Source of the DNA: Enoplolaimus lenunculus
Taxonomy: Eukaryota
Direction: 5' to 3'
DNA: 64,000 nucleotides
Assembly: GCA_030248215.1 (NCBI GenBank)
Contig: JASANG010001881.1
Location: forward strand, 372,001-436,000
In this document: one piece after another, positions 38,652 through 50,561 of the stretch
Numbering within the stretch: the stretch's first letter is position 1
Layout: each line of letters begins with the position of its first letter
Notes under the pieces: model-generated
Seen by the model: the letters and a program-made list of their open reading frames with translations, nothing else
What the model was told of the DNA's origin: nothing
Database searches by the model: none
Position numbers and translations under genes: made by a program

Positions 38652-38920
38652 CTAATACTTCATGTGCAATACTTCTATTTGTTGGTCATTCTTTTGCTTG
38701 AATATTGATCATATCTCAATTGTCGGCCCTACGACTTATGTAACACTGATATGTTGGCATGGGCCCTAGGGCTGATAAGTGAAAACGATCTTAGGAAGAA
38801 TGAAATTTTGGTATCTATATATTAACGCTGGTACGCCCCACGTACGTGTTTTGGGCACTGTTCCAGCACACCTAAACATTGTTTTAACAATATATAACAT
38901 ATCGTTATAGGATATACCTA

Positions 38921-39209
38921 CTATAGTGAACCGAAGTTGTATTTCAAAAGCTTGAGCGACAACACAAGAATATACTTACGAATGTGCTTTCAAAACTTAC
39001 GTTTGCTTTATGGTTTCGAACTTAACATGATTTGAACCTGGAATCATTTATGCACTACAATTAGGGATAATTAACATTTATGGACACTAATTAGGGTTTA
39101 GGGACTCTATTTGCTTACGGACTCTTATTTGGGATACGGACTCCTATTGATTGAGACCCAAAATAAAAACTCCCTCTTTCATTACCCCATCTTATTCGGG
39201 TCACTGCAG
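38921..39209. mobile_element. TA-flanked TIR element (CTGTAGTGACCC family)
   Basis: Homologous to 27881-28325. Ends TTCGGGTCACTGCAG|TA. Confidence 0.75.
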
Positions 39210-40605
39210 TATCTATCCAGGTGCACGCCGCGGGGTTTCGACCATAGGTGTAGCCAATATATTGAAAAGGGTATGGTCACATTCTTTAAAAGTTTCTTAA
39301 ATGCAGTTTCTTATGTTGCAAACTAATACCGCGTCTAAAAATGCCCGAATAAGAATACCAAAGGAACGGTCTGACACCATGAACCTACCCTTATTTCCCC
39401 GACTACGCCCCTGCTATCGAGGAAAAATCGCAAATATGAACATCTTCACCCCCTGCGGCCGATAATTAATCGATATCAATAAAAATTCTAAACAAAAATT
39501 GAATTTGCCCTCTTAATAAATTTCCCTGCCGGACCCAGCTAACAATTCTTTATTGCGGACTTCTCGGTAGAAGGTACGATTCTGAAAATCTTTAGCGGAT
39601 TTTATGATCTAAAAATTGAATAAAACCTACGACACACAGGCTGTTTAACTACGAAATTGACAACGCTTTCGATATGCCACTGGAACGCTTTACAAAGTAC
39701 AACTGGTGTAAAGTTGTTCTTACTGTCGCTTCAGATTTTACCCCCCCCCCCCAACAAGTCCCAAGTATTATGTTACAGTGAAATGTTTTTTGACATGATA
39801 TACGCAATACAGCATCGTTGTTGTGAGACGTTAGCCGAAACTACATTTCCCAACGATAAAGCACCTGTCGTGTTATACCTTCGTCAAAAGAGCTTATTCC
39901 TAAACCTAAGCCTAAAACCAAAATCTAATATTCTCAAACGCGCAGAGCAACTGTTTACCAGTTCGAGGTAGGGTTTCAAACTGATGAACTCTTGGAATTG
40001 TGGATTTCAACTTTGTTACATAAGTAGGATTAATCAAATGCAAAAGAGCTGCTGAATTTTGAGCCTCAGTATTCACTGGTTCGAAAGTTACAAGACTTAT
40101 CATCAACGAGGGATAAATGCTACACGCATTTGAGAATTGGATCCTTATCTTGAACGTAGACAACAGGTTATGCCTACGCTTTATTAAAGCACAGCGACGA
40201 ATTCAGAAATTTTGGACGGGTTTAAGCTTTAAATACTAACGGTATTACGGCAGTTTTTTTCGTTAGCATAAGTATATATACTTTAGCATAGGTTTGGGCC
40301 AGGCCCGTAGCCAGCTCACCTTGCTAGGAGAGCATTCAATGACTTGCAAGCAAGGTGGAAAATTTTCTAGGGGGGCCAAAATTTTCCAGGAGACCCCTTG
40401 CCCTTCCTTGGCTACGGGCCCGGTTTGACTGAAGTAAAGTCCATCGTGTTTCTGAATACTGAAAAAATATTTTGTACTCCTATAGGCTGTCAGCTATTAC
40501 TTGGAGTATGTACCAGGTTTAAAATAGTTTGTTTCTATTTATCATATTTTAGTTTTCATTATGCGAATTCCTTTGTTATCTTTCCTTAAAATGGTTCAAA
40601 AATTC

Positions 40606-40763
40606 GGCTCATGTAAACATCAGGGGCGGAGAGTTTTTCTGTGAGACTGGAATAGAGTAAGCTTTAGCTTTAGACTAGTTTTTTTTGCTTGGCTTAGGCT
40701 TACGCTTAGGAATATGCTTATATTACTGTTCTGCTCCTTCTGCCACTGTTCTTTACATTGGCC
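40606..40763 (+). mobile_element. Telomere-repeat MITE, subfamily 1
   Basis: Perfect TSD AAAAATTC. Confidence 0.85.
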
Positions 40764-40813
40764 AAAAATTCAACAAACAATCGCTAAATTTTTTGGAATA
40801 TTTCAAACGTTAA

Positions 40814-40937
40814 GGGTGGCGTTATACTTGTCGTACATCGCCGTCCGGCACCGTGCAGTATTATACATGCGTAAATCACGTACGATACCGCACGGTGACG
40901 GACAGCGCCGGACGTCAACAAAAGTATAGCGGAACTC
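40814..40937. mobile_element. GC-rich Harbinger-like MITE
   Basis: GGGTGGCGTTATACTT...AAGTATAGCGGAACTC with TAA on both flanks. Confidence 0.65.
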
Positions 40938-41273
40938 TAATTTGTAAAATTTTTATTTCTCAAATTATATTGATATTCAATATTAAACTCTTAATTTCAA
41001 ACATTTTATATTAACGACATTTAGCAAAAAAGATGGTTAAACTGATTTTATGCAAACCATTTCAATCCGCGTAGACTGTGATTTGTAAACTTTACTTCCA
41101 AGTCTGAACTAAAGATTTAAGTTACCATAAAAATTCGTTTATTTCTAAAAATCACAAATCATATCTTTGTGTGGGGCCAATGTCAAAAATAGAAGCCTGC
41201 ATACTGGAAGATAGAACGGCTGGGTACTTGGTATCGGCAAAATTTAGGCTTAGGATTAGCCTAATCTTTAGGC

Positions 41274-41487
41274 GGTCCATGTAAAGATCGGGGGCTGACA
41301 GTTTTTCTGTGGGGCTGCAACAGAGTAAGCTTAAGCTTTAGACTAATTTCTTTGCTTGGCTTAGGCTTAGGCTTAGGCTTAGGCTTAGGCTTAGCCATAA
41401 ACTCATTCTTACACTCAGGCTTAGGCATAGGACTAGGTTTAGGAATATGCTTATGTTACTGTTTCGGCCCTGTTCTTTACATTGGCC
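41274..41487 (+). mobile_element. Telomere-repeat MITE with an expanded (TTAGGC)5 tract
   Basis: Perfect (TTAGGC)5 at 41361-41390 plus degenerate units, between family TIRs. Confidence 0.85.
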
Positions 41488-41576
41488 TCTTTAGTATTAG
41501 GCTTAAGCTAAAGCCTAGATTCAGGGTCATGCTTTAGTATGCATGCTTCTATGGTTAACATGGGTATAACTTTAAC

Positions 41577-41735
41577 GGCCCATGTAAAGATCAGGGGCGG
41601 AACGTTTTTCTGTGGGACTGCAATAGCCTAAGCTTAAACTTTAGACTACATTTTTGTTTGGCTTAGGTTTAGGCTTAGGCCTAGGCTTAGGAATATGCTT
41701 ATAATACTGTTCCGTCCCTGTTCTTTACATTGGGC
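41577..41735 (+). mobile_element. Telomere-repeat MITE, subfamily 1
   Basis: Perfect TSD ACTTTAAC. Confidence 0.9.
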
Positions 41736-42376
41736 ACTTTAACGGTTGCATGGAAAATACTCATGATACGCTATGCATGATATAAATCACAAAATCATAT
41801 ACTACAAACGAATACATGAAATACAGATCAAAAAACACGTATAACTTTATCCACAACCCCCCACATTTAATAAAATTAATTCTTAAGCTTAATAGTTTCG
41901 GACTTAGGCTTAGGCGTTGGTTTATATATGGAAGACAACGGCCAGAAGCTTAGCCAGAACTTTCAAATGGAATGGAACTTGAAAGCAAGGGTTCTCAGTA
42001 AAGTTGCGTTTTGAACAATTCGCGTGCGAAGCGAACGCAAAACTTGATATAATTTGAGTCTGACGTATCCCAATACACAAAGTTTTGTGTTGGTCCGAAA
42101 CGGTGATTCGATTGCAAGTTTGCCCCCCCCCAGCTCTACTTTGAACCGCGTTTACAAACAACCTCGCGAACGAAGCGAACGAGAAGCGACACGTAATTTT
42201 GGTATTAAATTTCGTTGCAACAGTCGCAAAACGTTTCTTTGTTCATGGATTAGGGGTACATATTCCCCTGGCCTCCGGGCCAATTTCCTGAAAACGACAG
42301 GGATACTATACGAGTATGAGGGTTTATGATACTGTTAATCTGGTACTTATTTGAAAGGTTGTTTTCAAAAATTGTA

Positions 42377-42628
42377 CACTGTAAATTCCAATGAGTTGAT
42401 TAATCAATTCAGCTGGCGAGTTATTTATATCTGAATTAATATCAGTATGCATTAATTCACTCTCATCTGAGTTGATTCTCAGTCGGAGTTGAACTGAGTC
42501 TGGGTGAATTGATTAATTAGCTCAAAATGATTTGAATCGGCTCAAAATTCTGAGTTCTGATAGTCCTAACTCAGACTGAGTGATTCAACTGATTCTGAGT
42601 TAAAATCAACTCACTGAAATTTACAGCG
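42377..42628. mobile_element. CACTGTAAATT-ended MITE (GAGTTGA-rich)
   Basis: Family TIRs and a 2-bp TSD TA. Confidence 0.8.
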
Positions 42629-42772
42629 TAGTGATTTGTCTAAGATATATTCCATTTGACAATGATTTTTAAAAAAGTTGAACATTTTTATGCCAGCAAA
42701 ACAAACTTTCGGTTTACGATGAATGACTGCCATTGATGGTTAAATTCAAACTTTTCAATTTTTCTTCATTGT

Positions 42773-45700
42773 TTACCAATTCTCCATTGAATCGTGCCAT
42801 GCTTCTGAAATAAAAGACTTGGTGTTAGAGAGAAGACGGAACGGGGGGGCGTACGCCTTCCGTCCAAATTTTTTGGTGATAAAATGTTAAGGTCCCTCCC
42901 TGCCTATCTTGCAATTTTTCCCATTCAAAAAAATTGGCACATATATATCATACTGTCAACATTGCGTTTCATTAATTTAGCCAGTCCGTTTTTTTCAAGG
43001 GAGTAATTTTTAGATCCGAAGCTGGTGATATTGACTCACATCTGAGCATGGAATTTTTCCAAATGAAATGTATTACGGATATTCGCGTGCGATTGACTCA
43101 CATCCGAGCATGGAATTTTTCCAAATGAAATGTATTACGGATATTCGCGTGCGATTGACTCACATCCGAGCATGGAATTTTTCCAAATGAAATGTATTAC
43201 GGATATTCGCGTGCGATTGACTCACATCCGAGCATGGAATTTTTCCAAATGAAATGTATTACGGATATTCGCGTGCGATTGACTCACATCCGAGCATGGA
43301 ATTTTTCCAAATGAAATGTATTACGGATATTCGCGTGCGATTGACTCACATCCGAGCATGGAATTTTTCCAAATGAAATGTATTACGGATATTCGCGTGC
43401 GATTGACTCACATCCGAGCATGGAATTTTTCCAAATGAAATGTATTACGGATATTCGCGTGCGTAGCAGTGAGCAAAAACACAAACCGTATTTTAATTTA
43501 AAAAGTCAATTTTAAGGTTAATACTAAAATTTTGGTAATTTCAAATTTCAACAGAAACCCCCTTTCGGTGTTGGGGCGTAACCCCTTCACTGTAAATTCC
43601 AATGAGTTGAATAGTTAACTTAGCTAGCGAGTTAGTTATTTCTGAGTTAATAACAATAATCATTAACCTAATGTGATTTGATTTGAGTTGATTTTCAGAT
43701 TCTAAGTTCTGATAGTCCTTACTCAGACTGAGTGATTCAACTCATTCTGCGTTAAAATCAACTCACTGGAATTTACAGTGTTGGAGCTAGTATACGCCGG
43801 CTCTAAGCTCGACACTAAACATCAAAATCATTATGTAGCGTGTGCCAGGGAGTACACTAGGCTGCTATACCACCGTTGTCAAATTCTACCAATCTGTCTT
43901 CGTAATTGTCAACATACTATAATTTACAATACGTAAATTCCATAACTTCACTGTAAATCCCAGTGAGTTGATTTTAACGCAGAATGAGTTGAATCACTTA
44001 ATCTGATTTAGGACTTTCAAAACTCAGAATTTTGAGTAAAAAACTCGCTCTGAGTTAATTATTCAAGTTACAAGGAATCAACTGAACTCAGAGTGGAAAT
44101 CAACTCAACCCAGAGTTGGTTAATTTTTACTGTTATTAAACTCAGAAATAACTAACTCTAGTTGATCAATCAACTAATTGGAATTTCCACACAAACTGAG
44201 TCAAATTTGACTCCGCCAGAGTCCATAGTGAATCGAATTTGGCTCTGGTGGAGTCGAATTTGACTCAGTTGGTGTAGTCAGGAAAAGCCCATTTCCGAGA
44301 GAATCAATTTGGCTCCCCATTTTTTGCAGTGTACCCTTTACCTGAAGTATTCGTAGATGACGTAGAAGTAATTTCTGTCAAAGTTGTATACGAAGTAACA
44401 GTTGATTCCGTGCTACCAGACGAACCATATGAAACAGTTGTTGATTCTGTTGAGTTCGTTGACGTTACCGTTGTAAGACTTGGTGTTGTTGCTGTTGTTG
44501 TTGTTGTTGTTATTTCTGAAACAAAACAAATTTTGTTAGTTTAAGATTAAAAAAATAAACAGAAAATACATTCGCGGTTGTTTATTGAACCAAGTGTAGC
44601 TTAGCTGTAAAGCAATTAAATGAATATATTTTATCGAAACACCGAAAACCAAATTTTCGATTGTGTTTCGTTTGCTGTGTCCAAATATCTTAAAGTAAAT
44701 ATTTTGTGAAACGCCGTACATTTCAAATGAGTTAATTAATCAAATCAGACGGAAAATTAGTTATTTCTGAGTTTAATCGTAGTAAACGTAAACTCACGCT
44801 GAGTTGAGTAGATTCGCACTTTGAGTTGAGATGATTACGGTGGAGTTGACTATTATTAAATACGAATGAGTTCAATCAACACTGGTGAATTGATTAATTA
44901 GCTCAAAAGGATTTGAATCAACTCAAAATTCTGACTTCTGATACTCCTAACTCACACTGAGTGATTCAAGTCATTCTGAGTTAAAATTAACTCACTGAAA
45001 TTTAAAGTGTACACAATTTAAGCACACAGGTCTCAGTAAAGCCTTGTCAATCATAGCCGTTTGGCAAATCAATGCTTCATAGAAAAATGGAATCCCTTCC
45101 ATCAGAGAACATCAGGGGTGAAATTAATTCGGTTTGGCGCTGGTTAACGTTTACCTGAAACTTGGGCATTCCAGCCGGAATGTTGGTCTAATGCGTCTTT
45201 AATTTTATTTGAATCGATTGCCGGAGGATTTGATCCAGTTGCGTCCATTATTAATTTAAATAACACAACCAATCCTGTGGCTGATGTTGTTGGAACTGTT
45301 GACGGTGTTTCAGTTGACTCAGATGTTGCACTAATAATCGCATCATCATCGACTGCTATTTTCGAACCTGTGGTAGTAGAACTTGACCTAAAATTTAATC
45401 AAAAAAACAACCCATAAAGTATGTGTCGTAGGCCAATCCATTGAACAAGCGAAACATGAATAAATCGGCGAGTTTTTGTCTAATCCCCGTCCTATCAGTA
45501 AAGGATGGTCGTCTAACTGCAACGCGCGCTGGGTACATTCTTTTCAATATATTCGGGCGGATTCTACGTCTGCTAAGTAGTAAAGTATGCGTATCAATTA
45601 GGAAACAATACAAATTTCGGCCCATGTATAGAACAGGGCTGGATCGCTTTTCGGAGGGGCTACAATAGAGTTAGTTTAAGCTTTAGACTAATTTTTTGCT

Positions 45701-48542
45701 TAGGCTTAGGTTTAGGCTTAGGAATAGGCTCATCCAAACGTAAGCCTAGGAATATGCTTACAGTTCCGGCCCTGTTCTATACATGGGTCCAAACTTCAAA
45801 CGAAATATTAATTTTTAAGGGTGAAAATTGTTTAACATTTGCCAGGTTGCAGAATAATTCTAACTGCAATTCGGCGACGTATTTTAATATTTAATTTGTC
45901 ATTGATTTTCCAGTATATTTACTGTATTCCTTCCTTGTTTTTTGACGGCAATCTGCATTAAAATAATTAAACAAAACAATCCATGTTAATTTTAGGGGTT
46001 GCCCGTTAAGACTAAACCATATCATAAGCCTAATTGTAAACCTTAACCCTCTCACTCATAGAGTATACTATGAGCAACTGATACAAATATATGAGCAATA
46101 CAGAAACTGTGAGCAGTTTTTAACAATTCTAACATATATGCACAGTGCAAAATCTCCACAAGACGTGAGAACATTGTCGAGCTTGAGGGTTATGATCCAA
46201 TAGCTCAGCGGTGATCGTAAACGCCTCACCCCCGTAAGACAATGGATCGAATCATACGTTGAAACTACATCTCATATGAAATTGAAAATATTCATGTGAG
46301 AAAGGGTTAACCTTTCATTCTCGCCCGCCAGTTACCCTGACTCTCAATGCGCAAGCCCCTGCAACAAACATTGACTTGTACTTACAAAGGTTCGAATCCT
46401 GTTATTTCGACAGTTGAGCTAAAGTCTTTGATTTGATTTGAAAGTTCTTCAGTGATCTTAAAAATAAGAAAAAAAAACGTTATCAAATTAGCGAAAAATT
46501 CAAACTGAACGCTGATTTACAAATAACCAGTGCTTTGGTTGGAAAAGTATTAACCAAACTAAATTTTTACCTGTAAATAATTACTTTTTCTACTGTTGTT
46601 TATTGTTATTGTTTCATTTTCAGAACTTTTACGATGCAACTTGTGTATCACAGGGATTAGTATTCAGGGCCGGAGCAGCCATTCCCAGACGTCCAACTGG
46701 AGGACTTTCATCCCTAAAACACCCCTTCCCTAATTGGTTGAAACAAAAACCGCCGAAGTTTTAAAATGCGTCTGGATTCTTGCTGCATTGTTGATATTCT
46801 TTTCTCAGATCCGCGTTGCACCGATTGACAATTTGTAATTAGGTTGAATATCAACACCGTAAGTATGCTTAAAGTTTAATCCAAAAATATTTTCAATTTG
46901 AGAAGCCATCGTTTTTGAGTTCAAACGTAAATTACGACTTATCAACAACTGGTGATAGATGCTACACATATTTGAAAATACGGGTTACGGTAACAAATGT
47001 GTTTTCATATCGAGGTAAATAAATATGGCTCGAATGTAACAACAACGCAAATCCTAACACAATTTGACGCATTCTGCAGTATTTGGAACACCAAACCATC
47101 GACTTATTACCCTGCCTCCAATAAAAACGACAAAAGAACAAATTTCAACACTGGTCAATTTGAATAGTTTTAGAGCGTAATAATGCGCCGATCACAATAT
47201 AAAATTGACCCTTCACACACAATGTGTTAATTCTACTGTAGCAGCTTTTTTCTGTTAACCCTACCCTAACGCTTGTTAACTGCTCTGTGACTAGCGTTCG
47301 GGTAATCTAACACTACAGCCTACTCTCTACTACAGTCCTACGGAAAAACGAAATGCTCGTAAATTTAACATTGGCCCATCGGGTGTTTAATACCGATTTT
47401 TTGTATTCATCTGAATATTCTTTGTACAACGTAGAAGTTTTGTCACTGAGATCTGGCGAGTAGGATTTCGAAGAATCAGCCATGTCAACCGAGAATTCAT
47501 ATTTTGGCGGACCTGAAATAAAATACCAACTAAAAGGTAAAGTCTAAGTAAGTATGGATGGGTCCATCCTGTCGAATAAGTAACGAAAACTTAGATTTTC
47601 ATAGCAGGGACACATCAGATACATTTGCTGACGGCCGGACGAATATTTGGGCCGTTTGTCAACTTTATGACGGCTGTGAGAGTGGGTAGTAATTTGAAAC
47701 CAATTTTAACTTAAAGGTCTATTAGCGCACTGGAGCAGTTGCAGATCTCAAAATTTGCACAAAAGTACAGACTAATCAACTGAATAATAAATTTCGGTAC
47801 TTTATACTTAAATAAGACAACTCACTTATTTTATATAAACTCATAAAATACTCTTTTCTTGCGAATATATTATGAAATTGAACAATGTTAAAACACATTT
47901 GTGTCAGCAATTTTTGGATTTGATAAAATGCTGGTAAAATGTATTTTTTTAAATTTGAAACATTTTAGTGTTAATTTTTTAATAGATTATATTATTATAT
48001 TTGTTGAAATTAACCCTTTCTCACATAAATAATTTATATTGCCCCTGAGACCTACTTTTATGCTAGGATTTGAACTCCAGTGACTGGAGTGGGAGGCGTA
48101 TACCATCACCACTCAGCTATAGGAGCTTGACGCTCGAGCCCGAGGGGGCTCTCACGTCTTGTGGTGATTTAGTACTGTGTATACGTGTTGCAATTGTTAA
48201 ACACAGTGCGATATATACTATTTAACGTATATACACTGCGCTGAGTTGCCTACAGGCAACTCAATGTGAGAAGAGGTTAATGATGACAAATATTGTTTTA
48301 CTTGTAGTTGTCGTTGTGGTTGTTGAAACTGTAGACGAAGCTTCGTTGCCACTGTTTTCGTTCCGCTTAATATACAGCGCAGTAACAACGCCTAACGCAG
48401 CTAATGACGCACAAAGCGCAAGCACTAATAATGCAATCATGATATATTTTGCCTTCCCACCTCCACCCGACATCGGGGGTTCTCCGATTACTTCACGACC
48501 GCTTCGAACTGTATTATAGTCAAGCATTTCGTAGTCTGGCAT
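42773..48542 (-). CDS. Type II membrane protein with a SEA-like domain and Ser/Thr-rich mucin segments, about 289 aa, 6 exons
   Basis: Exons 48542-48302, 47512-47394, 46456-46386, 45387-45155, 44515-44342, 42804-42773, with consistent phases (the last exon is least certain). TM segment YIMIALLVLALCASLAALGVVTALYI. SEA-like pattern YEFSVDM..YSPDLSDKTSTLYKEYS..VEITGFEP..GLVVLFKL. Confidence 0.7.
43031..43463. repeat. 62-bp tandem repeat, 7 near-identical copies
   Basis: Unit TTGACTCACATCCGAGCATGGAATTTTTCCAAATGAAATGTATTACGGATATTCGCGTGCGA. One substitution in copy 1. Confidence 0.95.
43588..43780. mobile_element. CACTGTAAATT-ended MITE (GAGTTGA-rich)
   Basis: CACTGTAAATTCCA / TGGAATTTACAGTG with a 2-bp TSD TT. 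Confidence 0.8.
43949..44331. mobile_element. Composite of two CACTG families (GAGTTGA-rich left part, GACTC-rich right part)
   Basis: The left part is the reverse complement of the 42377 family. From about 44188 it matches the 19337 family and ends TTTTTGCAGTG. Confidence 0.7.
44719..45009. mobile_element. CACTGTAAATT-family MITE, degenerate
   Basis: Homologous to 42377-42628. Confidence 0.7.
45619..45789 (+). mobile_element. Telomere-repeat MITE, subfamily 3
   Basis: TSD CAAATTTC/CAAACTTC. TIR GGCCCATGTATAGAACAGGGC. Confidence 0.85.
46047..46306 (+). mobile_element. piggyBac-type MITE with tRNA-derived cassette
   Basis: TTAA on both sides. A box TAGCTCAGCGG. Confidence 0.8.
48014..48276 (-). 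mobile_element. piggyBac-type MITE with tRNA-derived cassette
   Basis: TTAA on both sides. Reverse complement of 20654-20922. Confidence 0.85.
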
Positions 48543-48716
48543 ATTTGTTTTCTAATTTAATAAATTATTTAGACAAAATAATTAATAATTAACAAATTAA
48601 ACTAGCGTTTTAATTGCAATTTCCTACTAAAAATTTGAATTTGATACAATATTGTGAATTTTCATGGAACGAATCCGTAACGAAGTTGTAGGTTTTTGGC
48701 TTGGGTTTTGGGAAAA

Positions 48717-49005
48717 GGCTTAGGCTAAACTTGGTACAGGCTTAGGCTAACATGGTACAGGCTTAGGCTAACATGGCACAGGCTTAGGCTAACATGGTAC
48801 AGGCTTAGGCTAACATGGTACAGGCTTAGGCTAACATGGTACAGGCTTAGGCTAACATGGTACAGGCTTAGGGTAACATGGTACAGGCTTAGGCTAACAT
48901 GGTACAGGCTTAGGCTAACATGGTACAGGCTTAGGCTAACATGGTACAGGCTAGGCTAACATGGTACAGGCTTAGGCTAACATGGTACAGGCTTAGGCTA
49001 ACATG
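48717..49005. repeat. 21-bp minisatellite containing a telomeric motif, about 14 copies
   Basis: Unit GGCTTAGGCTAACATGGTACA. Confidence 0.95.
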
Positions 49006-49736
49006 TATTTGTAGTGTATCAAAATTTCGTCTAAGGTTAATGGTGGATGGACGATTTTCTGGGGGGGGGACCGATCCGTGATTTCCGTATCCCACTGTGA
49101 TCCCATCCGAACGCCTGATGTTCAGTGGACATTCTGACAAGAGCGCGCAACTCTTAAATCCTACTGTGTGTTTCACGTGGTATGTAGGTACCCCCATCTA
49201 AAATGTGGGTATCAACAAAAAACACAACGCAAGCTGGTACATTTTGTACAAGGTCAAAGAACCCAATTTACTGTATTGTCTATTAAGTTATCAGATAATT
49301 TGTTATCCGCCAAACCTGTCGCTATTGACATCGAATCAACATGAGACAAAACATGACCTTGCCAGCAACGATCACAGCGTGAACCTTTGATCAAACAGGT
49401 TTAAAGCGTTTTTGGATTCTTTACTAAATCAAAGTCAGATACAACTCCAGTACAAAACACTTCAAACTGTTTAAAACTGCACGCTGAACAAAAGTGCATC
49501 CGTGTTCATAGTCTTTATTTCTAAACGACTTTTAGAAAACAGATAAGATTGGGCGGATTCAAAGGAATTTATATTAGTCAGCCATAAGCATTATTAGCCT
49601 GACAAACAAAGCGATAACCAGTGATTTTGTGCAGGAAACGCTGCGTTACGATTTAAAGGATCTATCTGAGCAGCCAGTGTACAAAAAATTATCTTTAATA
49701 ATACATTTTGTTATATATCTTGATTATGTATATATG

Positions 49737-49878
49737 GGTCGATGTTACTTTAAGGGACGTGACAGTAGATTAAGCGTATCCCTAAGTCTAAGCCTAAGCA
49801 AAAATGTAATCTAGAAACTAAACCTATGTTTTTATAGACCCACCAGAAACCTGGACGCCCTTTAAAGCAACATGGGCC
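49737..49878 (-). mobile_element. Telomere-repeat MITE, subfamily 2
   Basis: Perfect TSD TATATATG. Reverse complement of the 2767 type. Confidence 0.85.
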
Positions 49879-50224
49879 TATATATGTACATATATTATAT
49901 ATACTTGTATCTGTATATGTATATAATGTTTAATTGCTGATATGTCACTAAATTTAATTTGAGCCTAAATGTGCGTTTCTAACAGCTAAAGCTTTTCTGC
50001 CTGTATTTGGTACTGAAATTATATGTCATTTAAAATGCAGCGATACGAGCGCTGATTTTTTCAAATTGCTATCCAGTGGAAGCAAACCCTTGTAAACAAA
50101 CGTCATTAAACGTAACACAACATTTTATCAAGAACAGGAGGGAATGCAAGGGTTTGGATGAATGCATCTCCACACGTAAATCGTGTGATGTTGAAAGTTG
50201 CTCGAACTAAATTGTTCATCTTGC

Positions 50225-50561
50225 GGCCAATGTAAAGATCAGGTGCGAAACGTTTTTCTGTGATACTAAAAAAGAGTACGCTTAAGCTTTGGACTAATTT
50301 TTCGGTTTGTTTTAGCTTTAGGTTTAGGCTTAGCAGGCCCATAGCCAAGTGGAACAAGGGGGCACAGACCCCCTTGGAAATATTTTTGCCACTTTTTAGA
50401 AGACTTTCAACCTTGTTTGTAAGTCATTGAAACCTTTAAATGCCCATCATGAATAATCTGTAGCCCCTTCCCCCGTAGCAAGGTGAGCTGACTACGGGCC
50501 TGAGGTTTAGGCTTAGGAATATGCTTATAATACTGTTCCGCGCCTGTTCTTTTCATTGGCC
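50225..50561 (+). mobile_element. Telomere-repeat MITE interrupted by an hAT-like MITE (50334-50502)
   Basis: The insert CAGGCCCATAGCCA..TGACTACGGGCCTG has TSD AGGCTTAG/AGGTTTAG inside the telomeric tract. A related insert lies at about 40300-40422. Confidence 0.8.

Noticed and set aside
41361..41390. True chromosome end or telomere fusion
   Set aside because: The tract is short and enclosed by MITE TIRs, with ordinary sequence on both sides.
41352..41537. ORF with LGLGLG repeats
   Set aside because: It is a translation of TTAGGC repeats inside a MITE.
43031..43463. Possible CRISPR array
   Set aside because: The units are head-to-tail and identical with no spacers, the context is eukaryotic, and no cas genes are present.
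30901..48542. Single gene joining the SEA exons to the GPI-mucin exon
   Set aside because: The phases do not match (phase 1 versus phase 0), and the mucin has its own signal-peptide exon.
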